This document shows, one piece after another, positions 33,225-44,330 of a DNA stretch of 64,000 bases. Source of the DNA: an uncultured delta proteobacterium (GTDB taxonomy: Bacteria > Desulfobacterota > Binatia > Binatales > Binataceae). The stretch covers positions 576,001 to 640,000 of the forward strand of contig CAVRVY010000001.1 of assembly GCA_963724765.1 (NCBI GenBank). The letters are read 5' to 3'. The stretch's first letter is position 1. Every line of letters begins with the position of its first letter. The notes under the pieces are model-generated. The model was not told the DNA's origin and searched no databases. It saw only the letters and a list, made by a program, of their open reading frames with translations. Position numbers and translations under genes: made by a program.

Positions 33225-33975
33225 CTAGAATTTCCATTTTCAACTCGTCACTCCGACACGAGGCGGTTTGTCAAACACAAGTTTGAGTCCGGGGCTGAGT
33301 CCAAAAGGCTTTTTACGCTGCCGCAACGAGCCAGTTCTCCCTCGCGTTGAAATAAGATATCCGAAACTGCCGCTTCTCCGACGATTTTTTTACACTTCTC
33401 CCGATCGCTCTATCTCGTCACCGAGGTCTGTTGCGCACTGCGGGCCACCTATCCCGCCGGCGACAGCAGCGCCGCGATCTTCCGCAGCATGCCGGCAAAC
33501 AGCCTCCGCGTCAGATGGCTTTCCGCCAGCACAGCCAGTAGTAACGAGCATGCTTCACCAACCGGCCGCCGGTCTTCACCAACCGCCGTTGCAGTGCAGG
33601 CTGGTCAGCGACCAGTTGCCGATTGCCTTGGGCAGCGCCAGCCGCCGCCACAAGTTGCCCAGATTATAGGCGAGGACGCTTAGCCACCGCCGCACTTCGT
33701 TGGCGCGGAAGCGATGGCAGGAAAGCCGCGTCAACGCGACCGCCTGCTTGCTCTCTTTTATCCATTGTTCCGCCGTGCCGCGCTAATTGTAAAACCGCAC
33801 CACCGACCGGCATGAAGTCGTAAAATTAGTCACGATGAGGCCGACCCGGGGAAACAACTCGCCCATGTGGAACTCGACCTTGGCTACTACCCGCCGCGGC
33901 CGACTCCAGCTCCCCGCTCGATAGAGAAAGCTCTTGTAGCGGACCAGCGGCTTGCCGGTAGCTCGGGACAAGACA
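33225..33975 (-). mobile_element. IS1380 family remnant (3' part)
   Basis: YKSFLYRAGSW..PRRVVAKVEFH.GELFPRVG…RGTAEQWIKE…CHRFRANEVR, with stops and frameshifts; end AAAATGGAAAT shared with 48702. Confidence 0.85.
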
Positions 33976-34241
33976 CCGGCGTTTAACGAAGCGTGCCCTC
34001 CCCCGAGCGCGCCTCGCGGCGCGATAGCGGGAAGGTTACACCGGCGACGGCAGTCCTGCTTCCAGTAGAATCGAGCCCGGATAGGTTCTGCCGTGTTTCC
34101 GCTATCAGCGCCCTCTCAAAGGCGTTCGCTGGCCCTCCTCGACAGGGTGAGCTTGTTTTCCGTGGGCTCTAATTCATTGCCGACTACATCGCCAAAGATT
34201 CGCCGCTGGAAGGGACGGACGCTCGTCCAGCAGATGCCAGG

Positions 34242-34430
34242 ATGGACCTACTAAAATGACGACCGGATAGGTTCCGCGAGATTCTTGCAATTTCCGCCGC
34301 CGGAGACGTTCTCTGGGTCCATGCGCGATCGCAAATCGCGCGCACACGCGCGGATTTCGATCGATTCTCCGAGATGTCCGAAAACTGACGGACTGGATGG
34401 TGGATGACGGAGTCTGATGCGAACTGGTCT
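34242..34430 (+). repeat. ~190-bp structured element, copy D
   Basis: ATGGACC…GGTCCAT (81-bp span, as in copy B), AAATCGCGCG…CGCGCGGATTT, CGATTCTCC, TGGTGG…TGCGAACT. Confidence 0.7.
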
Positions 34431-34559
34431 CCGTCAACCTGTAAACCGGTTGACACTTGAGCGGCGGTTGACAAGCGGTGGTCGACAGCTCTCAGCCTAT
34501 AAACAAACTTTGTTTTATTGTGTGCCTAAGCGGCCGAATCTGCTCTTGACGCTTACTGC

Positions 34560-34799
34560 GATCAGATAGAGGCTGCCGCGCTGGCCGCCGGCTTGAAAAG
34601 AGCGCCGCGCCACAGAGAAGTAGGACATTTTGACTGGCTGGTGAGTCATCAGATCAAGGGTGAATCCTTCGCGTCGATAGCGACACATTCCTGTTACAAG
34701 TTTACTGGAGGCCGGCAGACCGTTCGCAAAGCGGTGGTCGAGCTAGCGAAATACATCGAGCTCAACTTGCGCTCGTCAACTTCAGCGAGCGCTCGCTGA
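34560..34799 (+). pseudogene. C-terminal HTH-like fragment of an island hypothetical protein
   Basis: HFDWLV.HQIKGESFASIA…QTVRKAVVELAKYI. Confidence 0.4.
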
Positions 34800-34807
34800 A
34801 GTTGACG
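34774..34807. terminator. Perfect 34-bp palindrome, possible terminator
   Basis: CGTCAACTTCAGCGAGCGCTCGCTGAAGTTGACG overlaps a stop codon and is followed by TTGGTTTAGTTT. Confidence 0.45.
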
Positions 34808-34954
34808 TTGGTTTAGTTTCCTCCTCGCGATTCCCGCTTCATGCTGTTGATCACGGCGCAAGCAGCGCCGCGACTAACGCCGCAATCGCTCAGCGCAATC
34901 GTAAATCGGATTGTGCAGCGGTGGTTCAGTGCATGCGAATGAGGGAATGAAAGA

Positions 34955-36297
34955 ATGACAACTACAGAAGCATCGTCCGAGGTCGACGGCGAACAGCAGT
35001 CGACCGTTCAGGGTCTAGACCAGCCTAACGAGAAACCGCCGCTGCAGTTCAGGGACAGGATCAAGGACTTTCGCCGGGTGCGAGCAGGGGATCTAATTCC
35101 TAATCCCCGCAACTGGCGGATACATCCCAAGTCCCAAGCGGACGCGCTGCGCGGGCTGCTCGCCGAACTCGGCTTCGCCGATGCGTTACTGACTAGAGAA
35201 TTACCCGACGGGCGCTTGATGTTGATCGACGGACATCTCCGAAAGGAAAACGTGCCTCCTGATGCGCAGGTGCCGGTGTTGGTACTCGACGTCACTGAAG
35301 AGGAGGCCGACAAAATCCTGCTGACCCTCGATCCGCTCGCCACGATGGCCGAGGCGGACACCGAACGCATCAAAGCGCTGCTTGCGACGGTGCGAACGGA
35401 GAGTGAAGCGGTGCAGGAACTGCTCAAGCGCACAGCCGGCGATCGGCTCTGGGAGATTCTGCATCCGCACGAAATTAAAGAGGTCGAGGTTACCCTCGAG
35501 AGAGCCGACGAGCTCAGGACCAAATGGGGTATTGGAGCTGGCCAAGTGTGGCAAGCTGGCCCGCATCGTATGGGCTGTGGCGACTCTACGGACCAAACCT
35601 TTGTCACGCTCTTGTGGGGCCGGCGTGGGCCGACGTGCCGGCTGGTGTGGACTGACCCACCATACGGTGTCGATTACGCTTCGAAGAACGCTTATTTGAA
35701 CAAGACCGATCGGGGCAACCGAGTTCAGAGGCCGATCGAAAATGACAATCTGACACCAGAACAAACCAGCCAGCTGTTCAAGGCCGCGTTGGGCGTTGCG
35801 ATCCCCCGATGCGAGTCCGGGGCCTCCTGCTACGCCACAGTTCCGTCGGGTCCACTACTTGTCTATTTCATTCACGCCTTTGACGCATCGGGCTTTGAGT
35901 TCAAACACCTGCTGGTGTGGGTCAAACACCAATTTGTTATCGGAATGGCAGACTATCATTATCGGCATGAGCCTATTTTGTATGGTTGGCTCCCGAATGG
36001 TGCTCACTACTTCCGCGACAATCGTTCTCAGAATTCGGTGTTCGAGGTCGATAAGCCGCAGGTGAACGCTCTCCATCCTACCACAAACCGGTAGAGCTCA
36101 TCTCGCGCATGGTCGCAAACAGCAGCAGGCCGGGCGAGCTCATCTACGATCCGTTTGCGGGAAGCGGCTCAACTATCCTCGCCGCGCATCAACTCGGGCG
36201 AATAGGCTACGGCTGCGAGATTGACGCCGGGTACGTGGCGGTCACCCTCGAGCGACTCTCGCTGTTGGGGCTCAAGCCCGAGCGAGTCGACCGATGA
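34955..36297 (+). CDS. ParB-like + N4/N6 DNA methyltransferase, frameshift ~36085
   Basis: PNPRNWRIHP, IDGHLR, TDPPY, HPTT(K)PVEL, YDPFAGSGST, CEID; one A missing from an A-run. Confidence 0.88.
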
Positions 36298-36950
36298 TGA
36301 AGCGGCAGCCCGACGGCACCTGGCGCAACGCGAGGCGGCCAGTGGTGGTGTCGCCGGCAACTCTGCGCGCGCGATGGGTTGAGTCGGAGGTTGTCCACCT
36401 TAAGCTGATGGGACTTTCATTCGATGCCATCGCCGAGCAGATCGCCCGCGTCGGCCGCGGCCAAGGGCAGGCCATGACGTCGATGCCGGAGGGTGTGACC
36501 TTTCCGCCGGATTACACGATTAGTCGGCAGGCGTGTCAGAAGGCATTCCAGAAAGCCATTGCCCGGGAGCCGGCTCTCGGGGTTGCGGAAATGAGGAAAC
36601 TCGATACCGCGCGGTGCGAAGAGTGTGTCATGAACTTGCAGCCCGGCATTCGCAAAGGTGAGGTGCGATCAACAGAGGCCCTCATCAAGGTGCTCGGACA
36701 CAAGGCTAAGATCAATGGCTATTGGCAATCCAATCCGGAGGTCGTATTGCAAACAGATGCCGGTGGCGAAAAACGTAAGAGCCAAGGCGAAATCGAAACG
36801 GAGGGCGCGAAGTATATCCATCTCTTCACCGATGCTTACCAGATTCTGGCCGACCTAGGTGTGCCAATGCCTCAAACTCGTGAGCGTCCGCAGGTCAATA
36901 CGGGCAGCTCAGTGCCAAGCTTGGATCGGACTGATGACAAAAAAAAGTGA
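36294..36950 (+). CDS. HTH protein resembling phage terminase small subunit
   Basis: LKLMGLSFDAIAEQI…RKLDTAR…KGEVRS.EALIKVL..KAKING; start overlaps the MTase stop. Confidence 0.55.
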   Translation: MMKRQPDGTWRNARRPVVVSPATLRARWVESEVVHLKLMGLSFDAIAEQIARVGRGQGQAMTSMPEGVTFPPDYTISRQACQKAFQKAIAREPALGVAEMRKLDTARCEECVMNLQPGIRKGEVRSTEALIKVLGHKAKINGYWQSNPEVVLQTDAGGEKRKSQGEIETEGAKYIHLFTDAYQILADLGVPMPQTRERPQVNTGSSVPSLDRTDDKKK

Positions 36951-37736
36951 ACACATAAAAAGGGTTCGTGCCTGTCGCGTTTCGGTCCGAAAAGGCCGGG
37001 TATCTATAATAGGAGAGACAACGACGGGCGAATTTCAGCTGCTCCGGCGATGGTGCAGCCAAGGAGCGCGTTGATCAGCGGTGAGATGATCCTGCTCCAT
37101 GAAGAAACCGCAGAAGACGCCGAAATCGGATCTGTATCTGGCGATTGCTCGTAAACGCACGCCTTGCAGGCAATGAGAAAACCTAAACATGTTGGCTCGT
37201 CGAGTACTGGGATCTTCTTTCCGAGCCAAGAGCCCAAAATTTCTCCGTCCGGCGATCCCTCGGTGCACGTAACGTCCTGAAGCCTCTTTTCGGCGTCTTC
37301 CCATTCGCATGCACGCAATGCGCGGCGATCCCGAATGCACCGTGCGGATCGAAGGGGGGAGGCGAGTGCCATGCGGGAATAGAGTCAAATCCAGGTCCAC
37401 CGTGCCAGTATCAGATGAACCCTCCCAACGGGATGATAAGAATCATGCTGCAACCTTGAACCGGAGACCCGCGAAAAAAGTGGACTGCCGATTCGAGGGC
37501 ATCAGCGTGCACTGTAAAATAGGTCGTAAAGTCGTCGGTGCAGTAATTTTCGGACTTGTAATCGTCGCTTTGCCGATGGCGATCGCAAAGGCAGCCGGAA
37601 GCAATAGTGAGACGCCATCGAATGCCGCCGCCGAGCAATTCGAAGAAGATTCCGATTCGCTGCCTTCCAGATTTACGTCTGCGCCGGTCGAGCCTCAGGT
37701 CCCGCAGGTGCGGTAGCGACCCTAAAGCGCCTCTAG

Positions 37737-39008
37737 CAGGATGCGGAAAAAGGATCGCATTTCTTTTTGATGGCATGTAGAGGAATGGGTAACTGTCGTC
37801 GGAGGAGGATGTGGTGATGCGCGGGACGGACCACGAGCAGAGCGGGATGTTCAGCTACATTTCGGCAGAACGCCGTGTGCCCACGGATCATCCGCTGCGC
37901 GCGATTCGAGTGATGGTCGATGCGGCGCTTAAGGAGTTGGGGCCGCGTTTCGATGCGCTCTACGCCAAGAGCGGGCGGCCGTCGATCCCGCCGGAGAAGC
38001 TGTTGCGCGCGCTTTGCTGCAAGTGCTCTACACGGTGCGCAGCGAGCGCATGCTGATGGAGCAGCTTGATTATAACCTGCTGTTCCGCTGGTTCGTGGGA
38101 CTCAGCATGGACGATGCGGTGTGGGATGTCACGGTGTTCACCAAGAACCGGGAGCGGCTGCTCGCGGGCGAAGTGGCGCAAGGCTTTTTTCAACAAGTGG
38201 TGGCGCAGGCGCAAGCTCAGGATCTGCTCTCGGCTGAGCACTTCACGGTCGATGGAACCCTGATCGAGGCCTGGGCCGGACACAAGAGCTTCAAGCCCAA
38301 GGACCACAAGCAGACTCCGCCGGATGATCCCGGCAATCCGAGCGTCGACTTCCACGGTGAGCGGCGCTCCAACGCAACCCACCAATCGACTACCGACCCG
38401 CAGGCGCGACTGTATAGGAAGGCCAGCGGCCGCGAGGCCAGGCTCTGCTATCTGGGGCATGTGCTGATGGAGAATCGCAACGGTCTGGTGGTGAACACGC
38501 GGTTGACCCAGGCGACTGGCCGCGCCGAACGCGAGGCCGCGCTGGCGATGGTGGAAAAGCTCCCGGGCTTTGGACGGGTGACGCTCGGTGCCGACAAGGG
38601 TTACGACGCCAAAGAGCTTGTGCGCGAGCTGCGCGACCACCGAGTCACGCCGCACGTGGCGCAAAAGCCGGCGACCGCGATCGACCGGCGTACCAGCCGC
38701 CACCCCGGCTACGCGCTGAGCCAGTGGCGGCGCAAGCGGGTCGAAGAAGCCTTCGGTTGGCTCAAGACCGTTGCTTTGTTGCGCAAGACTCGTCATCGCG
38801 GAGTTGCTCGGGTCGGTTGGATGTTCACCTTCGCCGCCGCAGCCTACAACCTGGTGCGGATGCGCACCCTGACCGTGGTCACTACCTGAACAGAGTCACG
38901 AAGCTGCGAGCCCGGACGCACTCGACCCTCACGCGCCTCTCGACCCAGAAGATATCGAGTCGTGGAAACAGAGCAACTCATGACTACTCGGCGTTTTTCC
39001 GCACCCTG
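37737..39008 (+). mobile_element. IS5 family IS
   Basis: IRs CAGGATGCGGAAAA / CAGGGTGCGGAAAA; CTAG on both flanks. Confidence 0.92.
37817..38889 (+). CDS. IS5 transposase, frameshift ~38012
   Basis: GRPSIPPEKLLRA, VDGTLIEAWA, GADKGYD, RKRVEEAFGWLK. Confidence 0.9.
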
Positions 39009-40091
39009 CTAGTGTTGTGTCCCATTAATAAGTTTACAGATGCGCTGGAGTTTGTTGAATATCGAGTCGGCGGTGGCAGTCCAGACGAAGGGCCGCTTGT
39101 GGGCATTGTAATGAGCCACGTAGGCGTCGATCTTCCCCACCAGTTCCCGGACGTTGCGGAACGAGCCGCGGCGAATCGCTTGCTGGGTGATAAGCGCGAA
39201 CCAGCGCTCGATCTGGTTGAGCCAGCTTGAGTAGGTGGGCGTGAAGTGAAGGTGAAAGCGCGGATGGCTGGCGAGCCACGCTCTGACTTTGGGATGCTTG
39301 TGAGTCGCGTAGTTGTCGGCGATCAGGTGCAGTTCAAGATCGGCCGGCATATTAGCATCGAGATGTTTCAAAAAGCTCAGGAATTCCTGGTGGCGATGGC
39401 GCGGCTTGCACTGGGAGATGACCCCGCCGTCGACGATGTCCAGTGCCGCGAAGAGCGTGGTAGTGCCGTGACGATAGTAATCGTGAGTCACTCCCTCGAC
39501 ATAACCGAGCCCCATTGGCAGCACTGGTTGGGTGCGCTCCAAGGCCTGCACCTGGCTCTTCTCATCCACGCACAATACCAGCGCGTTGTCCGGCGGATTA
39601 AGATAAAGCCCAACGATGTCGCGGACCTTTTCGACGAAGAACGGGTCGGTGGACAGCTTAAAGCTCTTGCTCCGATGTGGTTGCAGGCCGAACAGCGCGA
39701 AGTAGCGCGCGACCGTGCTCTTGGAGATGCCAGTATGCGCCGCCACGCTGCGCACGCTCCAGTGGGTGGCGACGGCGGGCTTGCTGTGCAGTACCTTGCG
39801 CAGCAAGCCCGCTACCTGTTCGTCGCTATGGCTGCGCGGTCGGCCCGGACGAAGTTCCGCGTGCAGCCCGGCGATGCCGCGTTGCTGATAACGCTGGCGC
39901 CACAGACTGACCACCGGAGCACTAACCCCGCAGCGCCTGGCGACCTCTCTGTTGGCGGCGCCAGCGGCCGACAGCAGCACGATCTGTGCGCGCCGCACCA
40001 ACGAATGCGGCAGGCTGCGCGAACGCACGATCGAGCGCAGTTGCGACCGCTCCGACTGAGTAATCATCAAGGCTGCATTCGGCCTGCCCAT
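39009..40091 (-). CDS. IS630 transposase
   Basis: CVDEKSQVQAL, ADNYATHK, SSWLNQIERWF. Confidence 0.95.
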   Translation of the reverse strand: MGRPNAALMITQSERSQLRSIVRSRSLPHSLVRRAQIVLLSAAGAANREVARRCGVSAPVVSLWRQRYQQRGIAGLHAELRPGRPRSHSDEQVAGLLRKVLHSKPAVATHWSVRSVAAHTGISKSTVARYFALFGLQPHRSKSFKLSTDPFFVEKVRDIVGLYLNPPDNALVLCVDEKSQVQALERTQPVLPMGLGYVEGVTHDYYRHGTTTLFAALDIVDGGVISQCKPRHRHQEFLSFLKHLDANMPADLELHLIADNYATHKHPKVRAWLASHPRFHLHFTPTYSSWLNQIERWFALITQQAIRRGSFRNVRELVGKIDAYVAHYNAHKRPFVWTATADSIFNKLQRICKLINGTQH

Positions 40092-40161
40092 CCCATTCAA
40101 CCTCCACCGGACCATAGCAGATGGGCCTCACTCCTGTAAAGTTATTTGTGGGACACAATAC
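39012..40161 (-). mobile_element. IS630 family IS, complete
   Basis: IRs GTGTTGTGTCCC / GTATTGTGTCCC, TA (within CTAG) on both flanks. Confidence 0.92.
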
Positions 40162-40252
40162 TAGAAACGCGCTGCGGAGCGATAACTCTTTGCAGTTCGT
40201 CTCGATGTCGCAAACATTAACCTGATGCTGTCGTCTGACTGTTCACAAATCG

Positions 40253-40445
40253 GTACCGGCAGTTCGAATTCACTTCCCTCCGCCAGCGAGTCTGCGATGT
40301 TGAGCATTCTCCGCAGAACTGCGCGGAAACGCCGCGTGTGCGGCGTTTAGTGGTTTGAAAGTCCACCAGAGATATCTCCACTTTTGAGATTCCGACGCCG
40401 TTCGCCTGGATTCTCCCCATTTCTGGTTTCGGCGGTGGACTTTGG
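40253..40445 (-). repeat. ~190-bp structured element, copy E, with tRNA-Ser-like 3' end
   Basis: AAAGTCCACC…GGTGGACTTT; AAACGCCGC-N4-GCGGCGTTT; + strand GTTCGAATTCACTTCCCTCCGCCA. Confidence 0.65.
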
Positions 40446-40658
40446 CGTTCTGAGCCAGCCCGCGCGCTCTCCGCCGCCACCTACGGCGGCGAAGCAATCG
40501 GGGTTGCTCGGCGCGGTCCGCTCTTGGTGGCGCCGGGCGGGGCGACTGGGTGGCGGACCATTCCGGCTTACGTAGACGGGCCTCGATCACCCGGTAGCTG
40601 GGTGCTATCTTCACGCCGCGCGTGGTAATGGCAGCTAACCAGGGGCGATCTGTGAGCG

Positions 40659-40871
40659 ATGGGCGCGAACAAGACCTTCCAGCAGAAGGGCGACAGGGGA
40701 CGTTTGCTCGGCGAGTCCGACGAGTTCAAACGCCTCCGTCGCGCGATCGACAAAGCCCATGGTGATCGCGAGCGCGCGATCACGTTCGTCTGCCGCCTCT
40801 ACCACGTCCGCACGCTCGACGCGCTGCCCAGCGCGATCAAAGGCGCCGTACTCGCTTTGCTCGACGAGTAG
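40659..40871 (+). CDS. Small hypothetical protein
   Basis: 70-aa ATG ORF with coding-like codon usage. Confidence 0.4.
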   Translation: MGANKTFQQKGDRGRLLGESDEFKRLRRAIDKAHGDRERAITFVCRLYHVRTLDALPSAIKGAVLALLDE

Positions 40872-40929
40872 GACGTGGGCGGCTCCATGATCACGGGCAA
40901 TTGTGCGCCGGCCGATAACTCGCTGCCTC

Positions 40930-41369
40930 GGGATACGCGGCGCACCCCAGAGCGGGTTAGCGCTGTTCATCTGCCGGATCAGATCGCGAACTTCGCGACC
41001 TACTGACGGGCGTCCAGACCTTGACCGCCAGCGCCAATAGAGCCGGAAGCCTTGACGATGCCACTGGACCACGGTGGCCGGCTTCACCAACACCATGATG
41101 TTCAAGCACCGCGGCCAGACCCGGTAGAGCCAGATCCAGAGTATGCGATCGAGCGCGAAGAGCTGGGGGCGGCCAGGACGCTGGCGATGCAGGACTGCCA
41201 GTTGGTGGCGGAGCGCAATGACCTCGAGCTCCAATTCCGCGCGGCTGCGAAACCGGCCAGCGAGCCATGAAAGAAGCTCCGAGCTGAATGCGAGCATGGC
41301 CGTGACACTACGGTCGGACAAGATAAATCGCCAGACTTTTCCATGCTTTCCGAGTTTTCAGTAGGGACA
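40930..41369 (-). mobile_element. rve/integrase-core transposase element, 5' half
   Basis: LELEVIALRHQL…VKPATVVQWHRQGFRLYWRWRS…NPLWGAPRI; end TGTCCCTACTGAAAACTC. Confidence 0.85.
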
Positions 41370-41942
41370 ACTGAAAATTGGATCGGAACCGTAAATTGAC
41401 CAGTCGGTGAGAATTGCCAACGAATCGAAGAGAAGAAAAAGGGCTTGCGAGCCGAATCACAATTGACCGACCCGGTTCGAGATCGAACACCTTTGATACC
41501 GAGACCTCAAAAATCGGATCAGCGAGCAGCAGGCCGAATTCGGCAGCCGGAAGAAGCGCGAACTCAGCGAGGGCCGCCGCGCCGAACGTGACAAGCGGTG
41601 GGCGCGGAACACCAAGAACTCCGATGAATCCATTTTGCAACCATTCAACTCGATGCCAGACCCGCTCGGCGCGGCGCTGTGTAACCCGATGAAAGACACT
41701 GAACATCAGGGTAGCAGCGCCGCCAATCCGAAATCGGCATTTTTTCGCCTCGCCCGTTGAGCCAGTGAAGGCCGAGCACGAAAAAATGCTTAATAACAAC
41801 CCCGCCCAGTCTCTCACTATGGGCGGTAGATAACATGAGGGCCAGTCCTGGGGGCAGGTGCGAAGTAATTTCGTTCAACAGCTACTCGAGCATCGCCCTG
41901 CCACGTCTCGGAAAATACTTAACAAGAGATATTCACTTTCCT

Positions 41943-42515
41943 CTACCGGCCTGGCGATGGCGCTCCAGGAACCAGATACTCCGGATAGGTGTAATAGGTT
42001 TGGGTATGCCGAGGCGATTTAGCCACAGCCGAGGCAAAGTCCCATTCGAAGGATACGGCACCATCGCTCGACGCTGTTATATTTTTCACTCGATCGGTCG
42101 AGCCAGGTGTGGTGACTGGTCCCACCGGATGTCCCGCTCTTTCACAGGACGGATCGGGCGGTGCATCGGAGGCATACAATGAAGATTCGCCGAGCAAAGA
42201 TGCTTCTTCCAGTTTATCTTTGTCGGTTCCGCTAGCGTATAACCGGTTAAATGTCAGGAGAGCATGTAAACTTGTGCACGCAACCGCGGCATGAATCGTT
42301 CTAGTATTCTGATTGGAATCCCAGAAATAATGAGATGGTTGGGAGTTGGTCGGCCGTGGAACAGAACACCCACCAAGTCCGAGCGCCATGGCAACAATTA
42401 GACACCATGCCGAGATAGTGACATCGTTAGGAAATATCTGATTGATCAGATCTATAAAGCGTACGTTTCCGGGCGCAACTACCACCAATAGGGCGTGGAT
42501 GCTGGAGCGATTCAA
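41943..42515 (-). CDS. Putative lipoprotein (start uncertain)
   Basis: Lipobox-like LGGC after a hydrophobic stretch. Confidence 0.5.
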   Translation of the reverse strand: MNRSSIHALLVVVAPGNVRFIDLINQIFPNDVTISAWCLIVAMALGLGGCSVPRPTNSQPSHYFWDSNQNTRTIHAAVACTSLHALLTFNRLYASGTDKDKLEEASLLGESSLYASDAPPDPSCERAGHPVGPVTTPGSTDRVKNITASSDGAVSFEWDFASAVAKSPRHTQTYYTYPEYLVPGAPSPGR

Positions 42516-42709
42516 GGGTGAGTCGTTCGTAGCGATGATGCAGACGGTTATCGTGCAGCTGGCGCTTCAGATCGTCATACAGAAGAAGTTGCCACTTAGA
42601 CTCGGGCTGGGACTCTTAGTGCCGAATGAAGTCGTGCCTACCCCCATGTTCGAGGCGCAGTTCGAATTCTTGTATCCGCCAAACAGTATTATCATTTAGT
42701 CAGCAGGCT

Positions 42710-43114
42710 CTAATCCGTGCGGACAACGCGGAAGCGGTGCCGATCGATGATCTCTATGAGGCGGTCGGGGTTTATGGGCTTCTTGATATAGGCCGCGACT
42801 CCCTCGAGAGGTAGATCAGATTTGTCATTTCCCGAAACCACGATCACAGGAATATCGCGCAAGACAGGATCTTGGGCGCGCTGCTTTAGGAACTGTTGAC
42901 CATCTAGAATCGGCATGAGGAGGTCAAGCATAACCAGGCACGGGAATCGAGGCGCTGTTTTCAACACCGCGAGCGCTTCTTGACCGTTTTCGGCCTCGAG
43001 AACAGAATAACCTTTTGCGTCAAGAAAGAGTGATATGCTTTCACGAACCCGAGAGTCGTCGTCAACTACGAGAATCGTTTCGACCGGGGTCTCGTTGTCT
43101 TTATCTCCAGACAT
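42710..43114 (-). CDS. Stand-alone response regulator receiver (CheY-like)
   Basis: ILVVDDD, LDLLMP.LDG, PVIVVS, KP. Confidence 0.92.
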   Translation of the reverse strand: MSGDKDNETPVETILVVDDDSRVRESISLFLDAKGYSVLEAENGQEALAVLKTAPRFPCLVMLDLLMPILDGQQFLKQRAQDPVLRDIPVIVVSGNDKSDLPLEGVAAYIKKPINPDRLIEIIDRHRFRVVRTD

Positions 43115-43445
43115 GGTTGGAGGTCTCCAATCTTCTCTTCTAAAAGACATGCAAGAACCAAACCGCTATGGTAGAAGCGCGAAAATGAGCGTAAGCACGC
43201 CGGCGACAGTATGGCGCAACTCGCAAGCGAAGTCAGATGTAATGTTTTCTTCACCTTTGGAATTTCGATGGACATGGCTGCGCGACCAAAAGATTGCTGA
43301 GCGTTCAATAAGTTCGCCTAGCCAGAGGATCGCGCAGCCTCTATCTAGCCGGAGTCCTTTTCAGCAGACAAGTCGCACATTGCAATTCATTCCATTTTAC
43401 GAACCGTGCACTGAAGAGAGATGATTGGCGTTCGGAGTACTACCT

Positions 43446-44330
43446 ATGTCCGTCAAGACCGCGTACGTCGCCGTTAATCTCGAGCAGCACAAAGACGAGA
43501 TTCTCGCACGGTGGCGCAACGCCGCGAGGCAAGAATCGGCCCAATCGAAACGGCTGGCCGAACTGGACGATAAAGACCTGCTCGACCATCTGCCCGCGAT
43601 TACTGAAGCAATGATCTGTGTACTTCGCGGCGAAAACCCGTCGAGAATCGAAGATGCTAGCCGCCGTCACGCTCATCAGAGGCGCCTCGATGGCTACAGT
43701 GTTTTGGATGTCCTTTGGGAACTGACGATATTAAGACATGTGTTCCTGGCGGTATTGCGAGAGGCCTCTGAAGGCGTTGAAGAGATGGCGGTGGACGCCG
43801 GAACAAAGACGATTTTAGACGTGCTAGACCTTTGTGCCCGAGCTTCGGTTGGGCAGCATGTTAAAGAAACGGAGGAAGAGCGTGACGTAGCCGCAGCGAA
43901 GACCGCTGATCTGGAAGTTCAGCGCCAGCGATTCCTCGGCGTGCTGTCACATGAGCTTCGCAACCAGATACAGCCGATCCTGTTTGGCCTACAATGCTTG
44001 AAAGATAGTAACCCCTCTGCTCAGCAACTGCCGGCGATCGAGATGATCGAACGTCAGACACGCCAGCAGGGCCTTCTTCTTGAAGATTTGCTCGACCTGG
44101 ATCGCGTTCGACTCGGCAAGATCGAGCTTAACCTTTCTTCCGTTGATCTCAGAGAGTGCGTACGACATGGCACGGAGTCGAACCAAGCACAAGTAAATTT
44201 GAAATCACTGAAGGTATACCAGGACTTTCCCGAAGCGCCGGTATACGCCCTCGTCGACCGCGAACGTATCTGCCAAGTGGCGACTAACCTGATGTCCAAC
44301 GCCGTGAAGTTCACGCCCAACGGAGGTAGC
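43446..44330 (+). pseudogene. Cytoplasmic sensor histidine kinase, truncated in the ATPase domain
   Basis: RsbRD-like N-terminus, LSHELRN, NLMSNAVKFTPNGG, then IS5 sequence. Confidence 0.88.

Noticed and set aside
40253-40290. Functional tRNA-Ser gene
   Set aside because: Only a T-loop-to-CCA segment with an unpaired T-stem.
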